NCBI GenBank assembly: GCA_965116885.1
Contig: OZ220741.1
Coordinates: forward strand, 1 to 64,000
DNA: 64,000 nt
Source: Candidatus Latescibacterota bacterium
GTDB lineage: Bacteria > Latescibacterota > UBA2968
Direction: 5' to 3'
Every line of letters starts with the position of its first letter. The stretch's first letter is position 1. The notes under the pieces were generated by a model, which saw only the letters and a program-made list of their open reading frames with translations, ran no database searches and was not told the origin of the DNA. Position numbers and translations under genes: made by a program. Shown here piece by piece: positions 46,938 through 57,446 of this stretch.

Positions 46938-47900
46938 ATGCCCAATTCCGTGCTGACAGTTGACAACCTCCAAACGCATTTTCATACAGACAGCGGAACA
47001 GCGAGGGCGGTAGATGGCGTATCATTCACACTCAACAAGGGCGAAACTTATGGCCTTGTTGGTGAATCGGGGTGCGGAAAAAGTGTCACTTCGCTGTCAA
47101 TCATGCGATTGGTGCCTCATCCTGGCCGCATTGAAAGTGGGCATATTTTTTTTCAAGACAGAGACCTGGTATCCCTTTCGGATACCGAAATGCGCGACAT
47201 ACGCGGCAATGACATTGCCATGATCTTTCAGGAACCCATGACCAGTCTCAACCCGGTTTACACCTGTGGGTTCCAGATTGACGAAGCCGTGAGGCGGCAT
47301 CAGGGATTAGAAAAAACAGAAGCGCGAAAAAAAACAGTTGAAATGCTCCACCTCGTGGGGCTGCCCGATCCCGAGCAACGCGCAAACGAATACCCGCACC
47401 AATTGTCGGGCGGGCAACGCCAGCGCGTGATGATCGCCATGGCCCTCTCATGCAATCCCAAAGTGCTGATAGCCGACGAACCCACAACAGCACTCGATGT
47501 CACCATACAAGCGCAAATCCTGGATTTATTGCGCGACTTGCAGCAACAACTCGGCATGGCAGTCCTGCTCATCACACACGATTTGGGCGTTATTGCCGAA
47601 GCCGCCGATCAGGTCGCGGTCATGTACGCGGGCAAAATTGTAGAAACCGGTCCGGCAGATGCAATTTTTCACAACCCCAGGCATCCCTACACACAGGGGT
47701 TACTCGCATCGGTCCCCCGTCTGGACATCGCGAACAATCGCCTCAGAACCATACCGGGCACTGTTCCCGAAGCCACGCAATTTCCATCGGGATGTCGATT
47801 TGCGGATCGATGTGAAAAGGTCGATTCAATTTGCAGGGAAACCACACCACAACTGCAAACCATTAGCGGCGATCACCAGACCGCGTGTTGGATGGCATAA
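46938..47900 (+). CDS. oppD: Oligopeptide/dipeptide ABC ATP-binding protein OppD/DppD
   Basis: [30 protein letters not shown], Cys-rich C-terminus. Confidence 0.88.
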   Translation: MPNSVLTVDNLQTHFHTDSGTARAVDGVSFTLNKGETYGLVGESGCGKSVTSLSIMRLVPHPGRIESGHIFFQDRDLVSLSDTEMRDIRGNDIAMIFQEPMTSLNPVYTCGFQIDEAVRRHQGLEKTEARKKTVEMLHLVGLPDPEQRANEYPHQLSGGQRQRVMIAMALSCNPKVLIADEPTTALDVTIQAQILDLLRDLQQQLGMAVLLITHDLGVIAEAADQVAVMYAGKIVETGPADAIFHNPRHPYTQGLLASVPRLDIANNRLRTIPGTVPEATQFPSGCRFADRCEKVDSICRETTPQLQTISGDHQTACWMA

Positions 47901-47911
47901 GGCGAGAAATA

Positions 47912-48862
47912 GTGCTACTTAAAGTTCAAAATCTTAAAAAATACTACCCCATTTCTCAGGGACTTTGGGGGCGCAACACCGGGCAGGTCAAAGCGGTAGA
48001 TGACGTGAGCTTCGATATCTCCCCCGGCGAAACCCTCGGCCTGGTCGGCGAATCGGGATGCGGAAAAACGACAATTGGACGCGCCATCTTGCGCCTTATC
48101 AATGCGACATCGGGCACCGTGCAATTCAAAAATACCGACATCCTCTCCCTGGGAAAAAAACAACTTCGAGCACTGCGACGGCATATGCAAATCATCTTTC
48201 AGGACCCTTACGGATCGCTAAACCCCCGTCTCACCATCGGCGGCATCCTCTCGGAACCCTTAAAAATCCACGGCGACAAAACAAAAGATCGAGTCGCCGA
48301 CCTGCTCAACACCGTGGGCTTATCTCCCGACGTCGCACGCCGCTATCCGCACGAATTTTCCGGCGGACAGCGACAGCGCATTGGCATTGCCCGAGCACTG
48401 GCAGTAAAACCGCAATTCATTATCGCGGACGAACCCGTATCTGCACTCGACGTATCGATTCAGGCACAAATAGTAAACTTACTCCAGGATTTGCAGACTC
48501 AATTTGGCCTTTCATATCTCTTTATCGCACACGACCTGAGCGTGGTCAAACACATTTCCAACCGCGTGGCAGTCATGTATCTGGGCAAAATTGTCGAACT
48601 GGCCGAAAGCCAGGAACTCTACGACAATCCGCAGCATCCCTATACGCGTGCATTGCTCTCATCAATCCCCATACCCGATCCGCGCGTCAGGGGATCGCGC
48701 ACCATTTTAACAGGCGACGTACCCAGCCCGGTCAACGTACCTTCGGGCTGTGCATTTCATCCGCGCTGTCCCGAAGCAACGCCGGACTGCGCCCACTGCA
48801 AACCCGAACTCTTAGACATTGAACCCGGCCACAGCGTGGCCTGTATCTTGCGGCACAATTAG
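47912..48862 (+). CDS. oppF: Oligopeptide/dipeptide ABC ATP-binding protein OppF/DppF
   Basis: [41 protein letters not shown]. Confidence 0.88.
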   Translation: MLLKVQNLKKYYPISQGLWGRNTGQVKAVDDVSFDISPGETLGLVGESGCGKTTIGRAILRLINATSGTVQFKNTDILSLGKKQLRALRRHMQIIFQDPYGSLNPRLTIGGILSEPLKIHGDKTKDRVADLLNTVGLSPDVARRYPHEFSGGQRQRIGIARALAVKPQFIIADEPVSALDVSIQAQIVNLLQDLQTQFGLSYLFIAHDLSVVKHISNRVAVMYLGKIVELAESQELYDNPQHPYTRALLSSIPIPDPRVRGSRTILTGDVPSPVNVPSGCAFHPRCPEATPDCAHCKPELLDIEPGHSVACILRHN

Positions 48863-48952
48863 AGACGAATAGACGAATAGACGAACCCCGCTCCACCCAC
48901 CAAAATCACTACAAGCTTCGATTCGTTGATTCGTTGATTCGCTGATTCGTTC
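48863..48952. repeat. Two facing octamer tandem arrays
   Basis: AGACGAAT x3 (48863-48885) and ATTCGTTG-like x4 (48921-48952); cores ACGAAT/ATTCGT are reverse complements. Confidence 0.75.
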
Positions 48953-48981
48953 AATCCACCCACCATTTCAAGGAGTCATAA

Positions 48982-51900
48982 GTGAAGGTCTTAAAAATTT
49001 TAACGATGCTGTGTCTCACCGGCCTCATATCCCACACCGCCCTGGCACAGCCCCCCTCTTTGGGTCCTGCCAAAGCCATTGGGGTTGACCTTGCCAATAC
49101 CCCGTTAAACCGTCCGTCTCCCGATCAAAAAAGCTACACCTATTGGAAACCCGAAACAGTGGATGGCTTTTTCCCATCGCTTTTGGGACTGCGTACGGCT
49201 GGCGCTCGGATGATTCGCACCAGATATTTCAACATCTACTTCTCTACTGCTGAAAAAACCGCCCGCCAAATTGCCGACTTCTGCGACGAGGTTCTGTCAA
49301 ATCTCATGCGCCATTACCCTACCTTTGTCGATCGCATTGCCCCCATCCACGTCGTCGTTGACGATCAGGCGGATTATTTGGGCAATGCCTTTGCCGTGTA
49401 CAGTGCCAATTACATCCACTTTTGGACCAACCCCATCGACTGGGAAATCCGCGGCACCAGCGACTGGGTACGCAATGTTTTTGTCCACGAACTCGCCCAC
49501 ATCGTAACATTAAAAGCCGCCTATAAGGGCCTGCCATTTCAAATTGGCATAGTCAACACCTCCCGCGCCAATGAAAATCCCGATTTCAGCTTCACACTCG
49601 GCCTGTATCACCTCGCCGTCAATTCGGGTTTTGCCGAAGGCATCTCGCAATACGAAGCCACCGAATACGGTGACGACCACTGGGACACACACCGCGATAT
49701 GCTCCTGCGCATGGCCGCGCTCGAAAATGATCTACTCTCCCTATCCAGCATGGGGCAACTCGGCGGTAAAGGCAATTTCCACGGTGAAATGGTCTATAAT
49801 CAGGGATTTGCCCTGCTCAACTACATTGGCGAACGCTTTAGCCCCAGTGTTGTCAGACAAATTTTTGAACACAGACCCATTATTAACTTCAACTCCTCGC
49901 TGAAAAAAGCCACAGGCGTATCGGCCAAACAACTCTACCGCGACTGGAAAACGCATATTGAAGAACAATACAGCGCGGTTCAAAGCGACATCCAGGAAGC
50001 CGGTGAACGCGAAGGCGAATTGATCGTGGATAGAGGTGGTTTGGACTATCACCCGGTCTATTCCCCGCAAGGCGATAAGCTGGGCTTTATCTCCAACGAC
50101 GACAGCGACTATTTCATTACTGAACTCAAAGTAATGGACCTCGCCACCAAAAAAGTCACAAAAATAGCCGACCGCGTCGATAATCGCTTTGTCTGGACAG
50201 CCAGCGGCGACAGCCTGATGTACATCAAAGCCGTAGGCGCGCGTTGGGACATCTTCACGTATGACATCAAAACGAAAAAAGAAACCCGCGTCACCGTGGG
50301 TCTGCGCGGCAAAGACCCCACCCTCTCACCCGACGGCAAACAAATCGCCTTTGTAACCATGAGAGATGGCACAGCGAACATCGGCCTTGTAAACACCGAC
50401 GGCACCGATGTGCGATACCTCACACATAACAACGACGCCACACAGTATTTTGGCCCAAAATGGTCGCCCGACGGCAAACACCTGCTCTTCAGCGTATTCC
50501 GCACAGGCGAAGACCGCGACATAGCCATCATCGACGTGGATGCCACAACCTGGGAAAAGAAAAAGGGCCGGCGCTCGCTTAAAAAAGAAGAAGTTGACAC
50601 ACAACTCGACAGCCTCCAGCAGGCAAAGGCCGACAGCCTCAAGGCATTTCCCGATAGCCTCGCCTATGCCAACAATGCCAACTTCAAAGCCATTGTACAC
50701 TCCACAGCCGACGAACGAGACCCCGTATGGCTACCCGATGGCAGTGGGTTTGTCTTCAGTTCAGACCGTACGGGCATCTTCAACCTCTACACCCACGACA
50801 TGGCGACCGGGGAACAAAAGCAACTGACCAATGTTGTCGGCGGCGCGTTTTTGCCCACTATTTCTCCCGATGCCAAAGACGTGATCTACGCGGGATATCA
50901 CGCAGCGAACTACAACCTCTATCGCATACCCCTATCCGAGGCCGTTGCCGTCGATCCTCCCGAGGGTATTGCGCGAGACTATGCCGAAATCTACACCGGA
51001 AAATCCATCACCGACCTTCACGACATCGGGCGGTATTCCACGCGTCTCATCTCCTACGGCATCACACCCATCGCATTGCTGGGCCCCACGTTTATCGGCA
51101 ACCGATTCGGCCTGGATCAAATCAGCGCAGGTGTTCAATGGGCCTGGGGCGACCTGCTCGGCAGCGACGTCTTTGTAACCACCGCCCTGATCGGCAAAAA
51201 CTTCAGACGGCAACAAGACTTCAACTCGGAATTCGCCTTCTACTACCAGAACAGCCTCACCCCCATTCTATCTGAACAAAGCACCTATGTCCCCCGCATC
51301 TTCTTTGGAGGCAGCAGACAAACTATCAACAGCATCGTGGATTTGGGTACCGTCCAAACCGTACGCGATACACTCAGCGGCACATTGATCACCCAAAACG
51401 ACGAAGGACAACAGGTTTTAATCCCCAATGTCACGCAGCACTTAGACCTCACGGTTACAGAAGAAGACGATTTTAAGGATGTATTCTCCGATTTTACGAT
51501 AGGCGCTGAAATGGGAGTAGGTCGCGGACACTATTTTAGTCTGGCCTATGGCTACCGCAAATATACTGAAAACTTGCACGCCGTTCAGGTCCTCCATGAC
51601 AGCTCTCGCGTCTTCCAGACCGATTTGGGAACCGGTGCCATCGAAGACATCACAGATCAGATCCCCGGACCGGGCTATGCATCGCAGGAAACCCTTCTCG
51701 ACGATTTTCTCTACAAAGAACTCGACTTCTTCAAAAGTAACGAATGGATGGGTGGTTGGAGCTACATCACCCTCAAACCCGCCACCGACCTCTACATCAA
51801 CCCATCGGGCGGCCGTGCATTATCCTTCCGCTATCGGCGCATCAATGCAACCGTGATAGATTCGCTGGCCCGCACGCCAGATCTGAATGAGGACTTTGTC

Positions 51901-52557
51901 CCGGATGCAATCGGCGAAGACCTGTCACCCGCATTTTTCCGGGGCGATAAAGTCAACGTGGGATTCAACGAATACATCGCCTCCTTCAATGAATTTATCC
52001 CGCTCGTTGGCCGCTCAACACTCGCCCTCCAGGTCTTTGGAGCCTACAAAGACAGCTACGTCAAAGAAGTACAACAAGAAGGCGGCACATTTGAAGGCGT
52101 ATTCTATTACCCCCTGCGCTATTATCTCGGTGGTCTGGGCACCTTGCGCGGCTATCCGTATTTCACAATCGCAGGCGGCAAAGCCCTCTTTGGTCGCACC
52201 ACGCTGACCCTGCCCATCTTCAAGCGCGTCGGCGCAGAACTGCCGCCCTTCTTTTTTGACAAAATTTACGCCTCGCTCTTTTTTGAGTTTGGCGGCACAT
52301 CCAATGCCGCCAGCATCGGCGATATTTTCGACGTAAATGAAGAAGTACACAGTGGGCGATGGGACAAATTCAAGAACTCTTTCCTATTTGACTACGGCGC
52401 CGAAATCCGATTCCAGATATTTTCACATTATCGCTTGCCCATGTTCGGCTATTTCATCGTCGCCCGTCCCACCAAACTCGAAGTTCCATCCCGCAACAAC
52501 CCCGCTATCATCGAAGAGGTCAGTGGGACGCGATTCTATTTTGGCCTGTCATTGTAA
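48982..52557 (+). CDS. Zincin (HELAH) plus PD40/TolB beta-propeller plus Omp85-like barrel protein, paralog of 11223-14264
   Basis: GTSDWVRNVFVHELAH, FAEG, WDTHRDM, WSPDG repeats, LGGLGTLRGY, RFYFGLSL. Confidence 0.78.
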   Translation: MKVLKILTMLCLTGLISHTALAQPPSLGPAKAIGVDLANTPLNRPSPDQKSYTYWKPETVDGFFPSLLGLRTAGARMIRTRYFNIYFSTAEKTARQIADFCDEVLSNLMRHYPTFVDRIAPIHVVVDDQADYLGNAFAVYSANYIHFWTNPIDWEIRGTSDWVRNVFVHELAHIVTLKAAYKGLPFQIGIVNTSRANENPDFSFTLGLYHLAVNSGFAEGISQYEATEYGDDHWDTHRDMLLRMAALENDLLSLSSMGQLGGKGNFHGEMVYNQGFALLNYIGERFSPSVVRQIFEHRPIINFNSSLKKATGVSAKQLYRDWKTHIEEQYSAVQSDIQEAGEREGELIVDRGGLDYHPVYSPQGDKLGFISNDDSDYFITELKVMDLATKKVTKIADRVDNRFVWTASGDSLMYIKAVGARWDIFTYDIKTKKETRVTVGLRGKDPTLSPDGKQIAFVTMRDGTANIGLVNTDGTDVRYLTHNNDATQYFGPKWSPDGKHLLFSVFRTGEDRDIAIIDVDATTWEKKKGRRSLKKEEVDTQLDSLQQAKADSLKAFPDSLAYANNANFKAIVHSTADERDPVWLPDGSGFVFSSDRTGIFNLYTHDMATGEQKQLTNVVGGAFLPTISPDAKDVIYAGYHAANYNLYRIPLSEAVAVDPPEGIARDYAEIYTGKSITDLHDIGRYSTRLISYGITPIALLGPTFIGNRFGLDQISAGVQWAWGDLLGSDVFVTTALIGKNFRRQQDFNSEFAFYYQNSLTPILSEQSTYVPRIFFGGSRQTINSIVDLGTVQTVRDTLSGTLITQNDEGQQVLIPNVTQHLDLTVTEEDDFKDVFSDFTIGAEMGVGRGHYFSLAYGYRKYTENLHAVQVLHDSSRVFQTDLGTGAIEDITDQIPGPGYASQETLLDDFLYKELDFFKSNEWMGGWSYITLKPATDLYINPSGGRALSFRYRRINATVIDSLARTPDLNEDFVPDAIGEDLSPAFFRGDKVNVGFNEYIASFNEFIPLVGRSTLALQVFGAYKDSYVKEVQQEGGTFEGVFYYPLRYYLGGLGTLRGYPYFTIAGGKALFGRTTLTLPIFKRVGAELPPFFFDKIYASLFFEFGGTSNAASIGDIFDVNEEVHSGRWDKFKNSFLFDYGAEIRFQIFSHYRLPMFGYFIVARPTKLEVPSRNNPAIIEEVSGTRFYFGLSL

Positions 52558-52574
52558 AGCCATCTCTCACAATC

Positions 52575-52610
52575 AAGTGCTCCGCCTTATAACACAGGCG
52601 GAGCACTTTT
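52575..52610 (+). terminator. Intrinsic terminator
   Basis: AAGTGCTCCGCCT-loop-AGGCGGAGCACTT followed by TT. Confidence 0.75.
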
Positions 52611-52620
52611 CGCTGTTTTA

Positions 52621-53493
52621 ATGCTTATGTCTCCACTCATCCACGCGGTGCGTCCACGCGAATGGGTCAAAAATGTCTTTGTATTGGCCGCTCTCGTTTT
52701 TACCAAACGCATTTTTGAACCCGATGACCTCCTGCAAGGCATTCTGGCCCTTGTCTGTTTTTGTCTCATATCCGGCGCAGCGTACCTTTTCAACGACCTC
52801 CGAGACAGAGAAAACGACCGACAGCACCCTCTAAAACGCCATCGCCCAATCGCCTCGGGTGCGTTGCGTATCTCCGTTGCCGCCATCGCCGCTATCCTCC
52901 TCGCTCTCCTCGCCTTGATCGGTGGATTTTATGTACATCCCCATTTTGGTATCGTCCTCCTGATCTATGCGGTACTGAACATCGCCTATACGCTGTACCT
53001 CAAACACATTGTCATCCTCGATGTTATGATCATTGCCGCGGGATTTCTTCTGCGCGCCATAGGCGGTGCAGTGGCGATTCAGGTCGCCATTTCCTCCTGG
53101 TTCATCCTCTGTACCATGCTGCTGGCACTATTTCTCGGCTTTGCCAAGCGCCGGCATGAACTCGCTCTGCTCGAAGGAGATGCCAGCAATCACCGCCGCA
53201 TCCTCGCAGAATATTCTCCACAATTTCTCGATCAGATAATCGCCATAGTCACAGCCGGTGCACTGGTATCCTATGCGCTTTACACCATGTCGTCCGAAGT
53301 TATTGAAAAACTCGGCACCAAATATCTCAACCTCACCATCCCCTTTGTAATTTACGGTATGTTGCGCTACCTCTATCTCATCTACAAAAAAGATGGGGGC
53401 GGCAATCCCACCTCCACCGTATTGGGCGATTTCCCCCTCCTGATCGCCTGCGCCTTATGGTTGCTAACTCTGGGTGTGATACTCTACGTCTAA
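52621..53493 (+). CDS. UbiA-family polyprenyl-phosphate phosphoribosyltransferase (DPPR synthase-like)
   Basis: RPREWVKN, NDLRDRENDRQHPLKRHRPIASG, GFAKRRHE, RYLYL. Confidence 0.85.
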   Translation: MLMSPLIHAVRPREWVKNVFVLAALVFTKRIFEPDDLLQGILALVCFCLISGAAYLFNDLRDRENDRQHPLKRHRPIASGALRISVAAIAAILLALLALIGGFYVHPHFGIVLLIYAVLNIAYTLYLKHIVILDVMIIAAGFLLRAIGGAVAIQVAISSWFILCTMLLALFLGFAKRRHELALLEGDASNHRRILAEYSPQFLDQIIAIVTAGALVSYALYTMSSEVIEKLGTKYLNLTIPFVIYGMLRYLYLIYKKDGGGNPTSTVLGDFPLLIACALWLLTLGVILYV

Positions 53494-53670
53494 CCTCTCA
53501 GCCGATGAACTGGCTTGAACACCGGCCAGTTGTACCCCGCTCTGTCACTGAATCAGCCTTTATTTCACCCCTGCACGCGGGCATTGTGAAAAGACTTCGT
53601 ATTTTGTATTTTGACTCTGCTGATCGTTTTTAATTTTTAATTCTTAATTCTTTTCACAAGGAGTTCTCGA

Positions 53671-55239
53671 ATGGCAGAGCGACCAAATATTTTGCTAATT
53701 ATGAACGACGATATGGGCTATTCTGATATTGGATGTTACGGCGGTGAGATCCACACGCCAAATTTAGATCGACTTGCTGCCAATGGGTTGCGACTCACTC
53801 AATTTTACAACACGGCGCGGTGCTGCCCCACGCGGGCATCGCTACTCACGGGATTGCATCCTCACCAGGCCAGTGTGGGGCACATGATGGATGACCGGGA
53901 ATACGAAGGGTATCGGGGCGATCTGAACTTCAGGAGCGTAACCATTGCCGAAGTGCTCAAAACAGTGGGATATGCGACCTATATGAGTGGCAAATGGCAT
54001 ATCACGCGGCATACAGATGCAGATGGCCCCAAACACAGTTGGCCCTGTCAGCGTGGATTTGATCGCTTTTTTGGCATCATTACTGGTGCCGCCAATTATT
54101 GGAAGCCGCAAACACTCACGCGAGACAACGAGCAAATCACAGTGGATGAATTTCCAGAAGATTTCTTTTTGACCGACGCCATCAGCGATCAAGCAGCGGA
54201 TTATATCCGCGAACACGCGCAGGCAAACGGAGATCAGCCATTCTTTTTATATACCGCATATACTGCACCCCATTGGCCCTTGCACGCGCATGATGAAGAT
54301 ATTGCAAAATACAAAGACCGTTTTGCCGCGGGATGGGATCAACTGCGCGAAGAGCGTCTGGCGCGCATGCGCGAAATGGGCATCTTAAAACCCGAATGGG
54401 GACTGAGCGACCGCGACCCCTCTCAAGTGCCCTGGGAAGAAGCCGACCACAAGGCGTGGCAGCAACGGCGCATGGAAGTTTATGCCGCCCAGGTTGACCG
54501 CATGGATCAGGGCATTGGACGCATCGTCCAATCCCTCGAAGAGACCGGACAACTGGACAATACCCTGATCGTATTTCTGGCTGACAACGGGGGATGCGCC
54601 GAAGAGCTGGGAGGCGGCATGCAACGCAGCGCGATTGCACCGGCCACTACGCGCAATGGACGACCAGTCCAACGCGGCAACGATCCAAACATCATGCCGG
54701 GGGACGAAACCACGTACCAGAGCTACGGCGTACCCTGGGCCAATGTATCCAACACGCCATTTCGCCTGTACAAGCACTGGGTTCACGAAGGCGGTATTGC
54801 AACGCCATTTATCGTACACTGGCCCGATCGCGTAACAGACGGCGGCGCATTGCGCGAGCAACCCGGCCAGCTTACCGATGTCATGGCAACCTGCCTCGAT
54901 GTAGCGGGCGCCGAGTATCCCGAAACTTATAATGAGCACGATATCTTGCCGCTGGAAGGCACCTCGCTAACACCAATTTTTGACAACCGGGACAACGGCA
55001 AAGAATATTTAATCTGGGAACACGAAGGCAATGGCGCGGTTCGCAAAGGCAAGTGGAAACTGGTAAAACGCTACCCGGGCGATTGGGAGCTATACGATAT
55101 AGAAGCCGACAGATCGGAACTCGACGATCTGGCAAATGAAAAAGCCGATGTCGTATCCGAACTCGCGGCAATTTACGACGCCTGGGCAGAGCGTTGTGGG
55201 ATAGAACCCTGGGACAATATCCTCGCAAAGCGCGGGTAA
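53671..55239 (+). CDS. Arylsulfatase (formylglycine-dependent)
   Basis: DDMGYSD, CCPTRASLLTG, GKWH, APHWPLH; no signal peptide. Confidence 0.92.
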   Translation: MAERPNILLIMNDDMGYSDIGCYGGEIHTPNLDRLAANGLRLTQFYNTARCCPTRASLLTGLHPHQASVGHMMDDREYEGYRGDLNFRSVTIAEVLKTVGYATYMSGKWHITRHTDADGPKHSWPCQRGFDRFFGIITGAANYWKPQTLTRDNEQITVDEFPEDFFLTDAISDQAADYIREHAQANGDQPFFLYTAYTAPHWPLHAHDEDIAKYKDRFAAGWDQLREERLARMREMGILKPEWGLSDRDPSQVPWEEADHKAWQQRRMEVYAAQVDRMDQGIGRIVQSLEETGQLDNTLIVFLADNGGCAEELGGGMQRSAIAPATTRNGRPVQRGNDPNIMPGDETTYQSYGVPWANVSNTPFRLYKHWVHEGGIATPFIVHWPDRVTDGGALREQPGQLTDVMATCLDVAGAEYPETYNEHDILPLEGTSLTPIFDNRDNGKEYLIWEHEGNGAVRKGKWKLVKRYPGDWELYDIEADRSELDDLANEKADVVSELAAIYDAWAERCGIEPWDNILAKRG

Positions 55240-55254
55240 TAAAAAGGAAACACC

Positions 55255-56010
55255 ATGACCCCCACAGATATCACAGATGAAATGCTGGCAACATACCGGC
55301 GCGATGGCGTCATAAAAATCCCGCAGATCATCTCGCCGGAAGAAGTTGCAAAATTTCGTCAGGCATCACTGGATATACTGGAAGCAATGCCAAAAGATCC
55401 AAACCGACCCTTTAATCAAAAAGTGAACGTATGGCGGGAAGACGAGGTATTGCGAAACTTGACGCAACACCCGAATGTCGCTGCAGTCGCAGAGAAAATT
55501 GCGGGTGCGCGATTGCGTATCTGGCACGATCACATCCTGGCAAAAATGCCAGAACTCGAAGTCCCAACGGCATTCCATCAAGACCTGGTAAAATGGCCTT
55601 ATGATCGCAATTCCAATGCCCTATCGGCGTGGATCGCGCTACAGGATACCCCCGTAGAAATGGGATGCATGTCATTTGTACAGGGATCGCACGAAATGAA
55701 AGACATACCGGACATGGCGACAAATAACCAAGAGGGATGGCGGGAATTCGCACCGGAAATCGCGTGGCGCACCCGGGTAACACATCCGCTTCAGGCAGGA
55801 GATTGTACATTTCACCACGGGATGACATTTCACACCGCGGGACCAAATAAAACCGATGATTGGCGGGTGGGATACGTGATTATTTTTGTCGATGCGGCGG
55901 CGAAATACACCGGAAAAAAGCATGTAGTCACAGATCCCCTGAAGCTGACGCCCGATACATTGCCGCCAGATGATCATTTTCCACCCGTAGTGAAATTTTA
56001 TGGAGACTAA
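55255..56010 (+). CDS. PhyH-family Fe(II)/2-oxoglutarate dioxygenase
   Basis: HQD, WIAL, GSH, GDCTFHHGMTFH, PNKTDDWR. Confidence 0.88.
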   Translation: MTPTDITDEMLATYRRDGVIKIPQIISPEEVAKFRQASLDILEAMPKDPNRPFNQKVNVWREDEVLRNLTQHPNVAAVAEKIAGARLRIWHDHILAKMPELEVPTAFHQDLVKWPYDRNSNALSAWIALQDTPVEMGCMSFVQGSHEMKDIPDMATNNQEGWREFAPEIAWRTRVTHPLQAGDCTFHHGMTFHTAGPNKTDDWRVGYVIIFVDAAAKYTGKKHVVTDPLKLTPDTLPPDDHFPPVVKFYGD

Positions 56011-56012
56011 AA

Positions 56013-57437
56013 ATGAGCACCCCCAACATAATTTTAATGATGTGTGACGACCTGGGATATGGCGACGTGGGATTTAACGGAAATGAGATAATCAAAACGC
56101 CGAATTTGGACCGCCTGGCGAACAATGGAATCCGGTTCACGCGATTTTATGCGGGCGGACCTGTCTGCTCCCCAACGCGGGGAACGTGTTTGACCGGGCG
56201 ACATTATTTTCGATATGGCGTAACACATGCCAATCGCGGACACTTACCCACACAGGAAATAACACTGGCGCAAATGTTAAAATCCTTCGGCTATGCGACC
56301 GGACACTTTGGCAAATGGCATCTGGGAACCCTGAACCCGAATTATTCGGGCAAGCCCAATCGCAATCCAGCGCGCAACTACGCCCCGCCGTGGGAGCGGG
56401 ATTACGATGCATCTTTTGCCACGGAGTACGCGGTTCCCACCTGGGATCCAACAGTAGATATTAACCAGAGAACCGGAGAACGACTGGACCAACCCTGGGC
56501 CTCTCCGTATTACGAAAATGGAAAACTGGCAACGGAAAACCTGGAAGGATGCGATTCCCGGGTATTGATGGACCGCGCAATTCCATTTATCGAACAAGCT
56601 GTTGAAAATGGCGAGCAGTTCCTTACGACAATCTGGTTTCACGCGCCCCATAGCCCGGTCGTTGCCGGACCGGAATATCGCGCAATGTATTCCGAATACA
56701 GCGAAGATGAGCAGCACTATTACGGCTGTATCACCGCCATAGACGATCAGGTGGGGCGGTTATATCACGCATTAGAAGCATGGGGCGTAGCCAACAACAC
56801 CATGATCTGGTTCTGTTCGGACAACGGACCAGAAGGCCGCACAGGTCGAGATGGCCGTAACCGGGGATCAACAGGCGGCTTGCGCGGGCGCAAACGATCT
56901 CTATTTGACGGCGGCGTGGGCGTACCCGCGCTATTGCACTGGCCGGGTCATGCAGAACCCGGACGCACCGTAGAAATGCCGTGCAGCACACTGGATTACT
57001 TCCCCACAATCGCCGAGGTCATGGGATATGAAATGCCGGATAATCGCCCCATTGACGGCATCAGCCTCCTGCCCGTAATTGAAGGAAACATGACAGAACG
57101 TCCCACTCCCATTCCATATCGATTCAACAGTGGAAAAAATTCGATGTTTGACGCCCCGACCATCTCAATGATCGACAACCGGTATAAATGCTTGACCAAC
57201 CTATCGAGCGATGGCAGCGAAGATCTGTGTTTTGACATGATTGAAGACCGCGCAGAAACGACCAACTTGGCCAATGAACAGCGCGAGCGAATGGGGCAAA
57301 CCCGCGAGACCCTGCGCCAATGGCTCCGCTCATGCGAGGCCAGCCACAACGGCGGGGATTACGACGAAGCTTATGAACCCGTCGCACCATTTGAAGAAGT
57401 CACAGGAGACTGGCCTGGAAGAAGAAACAGAAATTAG
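56013..57437 (+). CDS. Sulfatase (formylglycine-dependent)
   Basis: DDLGYGD, CSPTRGTCLTGR, GKWHLG, SDNG; no signal peptide. Confidence 0.92.
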   Translation: MSTPNIILMMCDDLGYGDVGFNGNEIIKTPNLDRLANNGIRFTRFYAGGPVCSPTRGTCLTGRHYFRYGVTHANRGHLPTQEITLAQMLKSFGYATGHFGKWHLGTLNPNYSGKPNRNPARNYAPPWERDYDASFATEYAVPTWDPTVDINQRTGERLDQPWASPYYENGKLATENLEGCDSRVLMDRAIPFIEQAVENGEQFLTTIWFHAPHSPVVAGPEYRAMYSEYSEDEQHYYGCITAIDDQVGRLYHALEAWGVANNTMIWFCSDNGPEGRTGRDGRNRGSTGGLRGRKRSLFDGGVGVPALLHWPGHAEPGRTVEMPCSTLDYFPTIAEVMGYEMPDNRPIDGISLLPVIEGNMTERPTPIPYRFNSGKNSMFDAPTISMIDNRYKCLTNLSSDGSEDLCFDMIEDRAETTNLANEQRERMGQTRETLRQWLRSCEASHNGGDYDEAYEPVAPFEEVTGDWPGRRNRN

Positions 57438-57446
57438 AGGTATTGA

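Noticed and set aside
48863..48952. Possible CRISPR array
   Set aside because: 8-bp tandem units without spacers; no cas genes.
53494..53600. Possible riboswitch (TPP-like) or sRNA with AACTGGC/GCCAGTT hairpin
   Set aside because: Only a short stem is evident and I could not match conserved riboswitch cores; an Rfam scan would decide.
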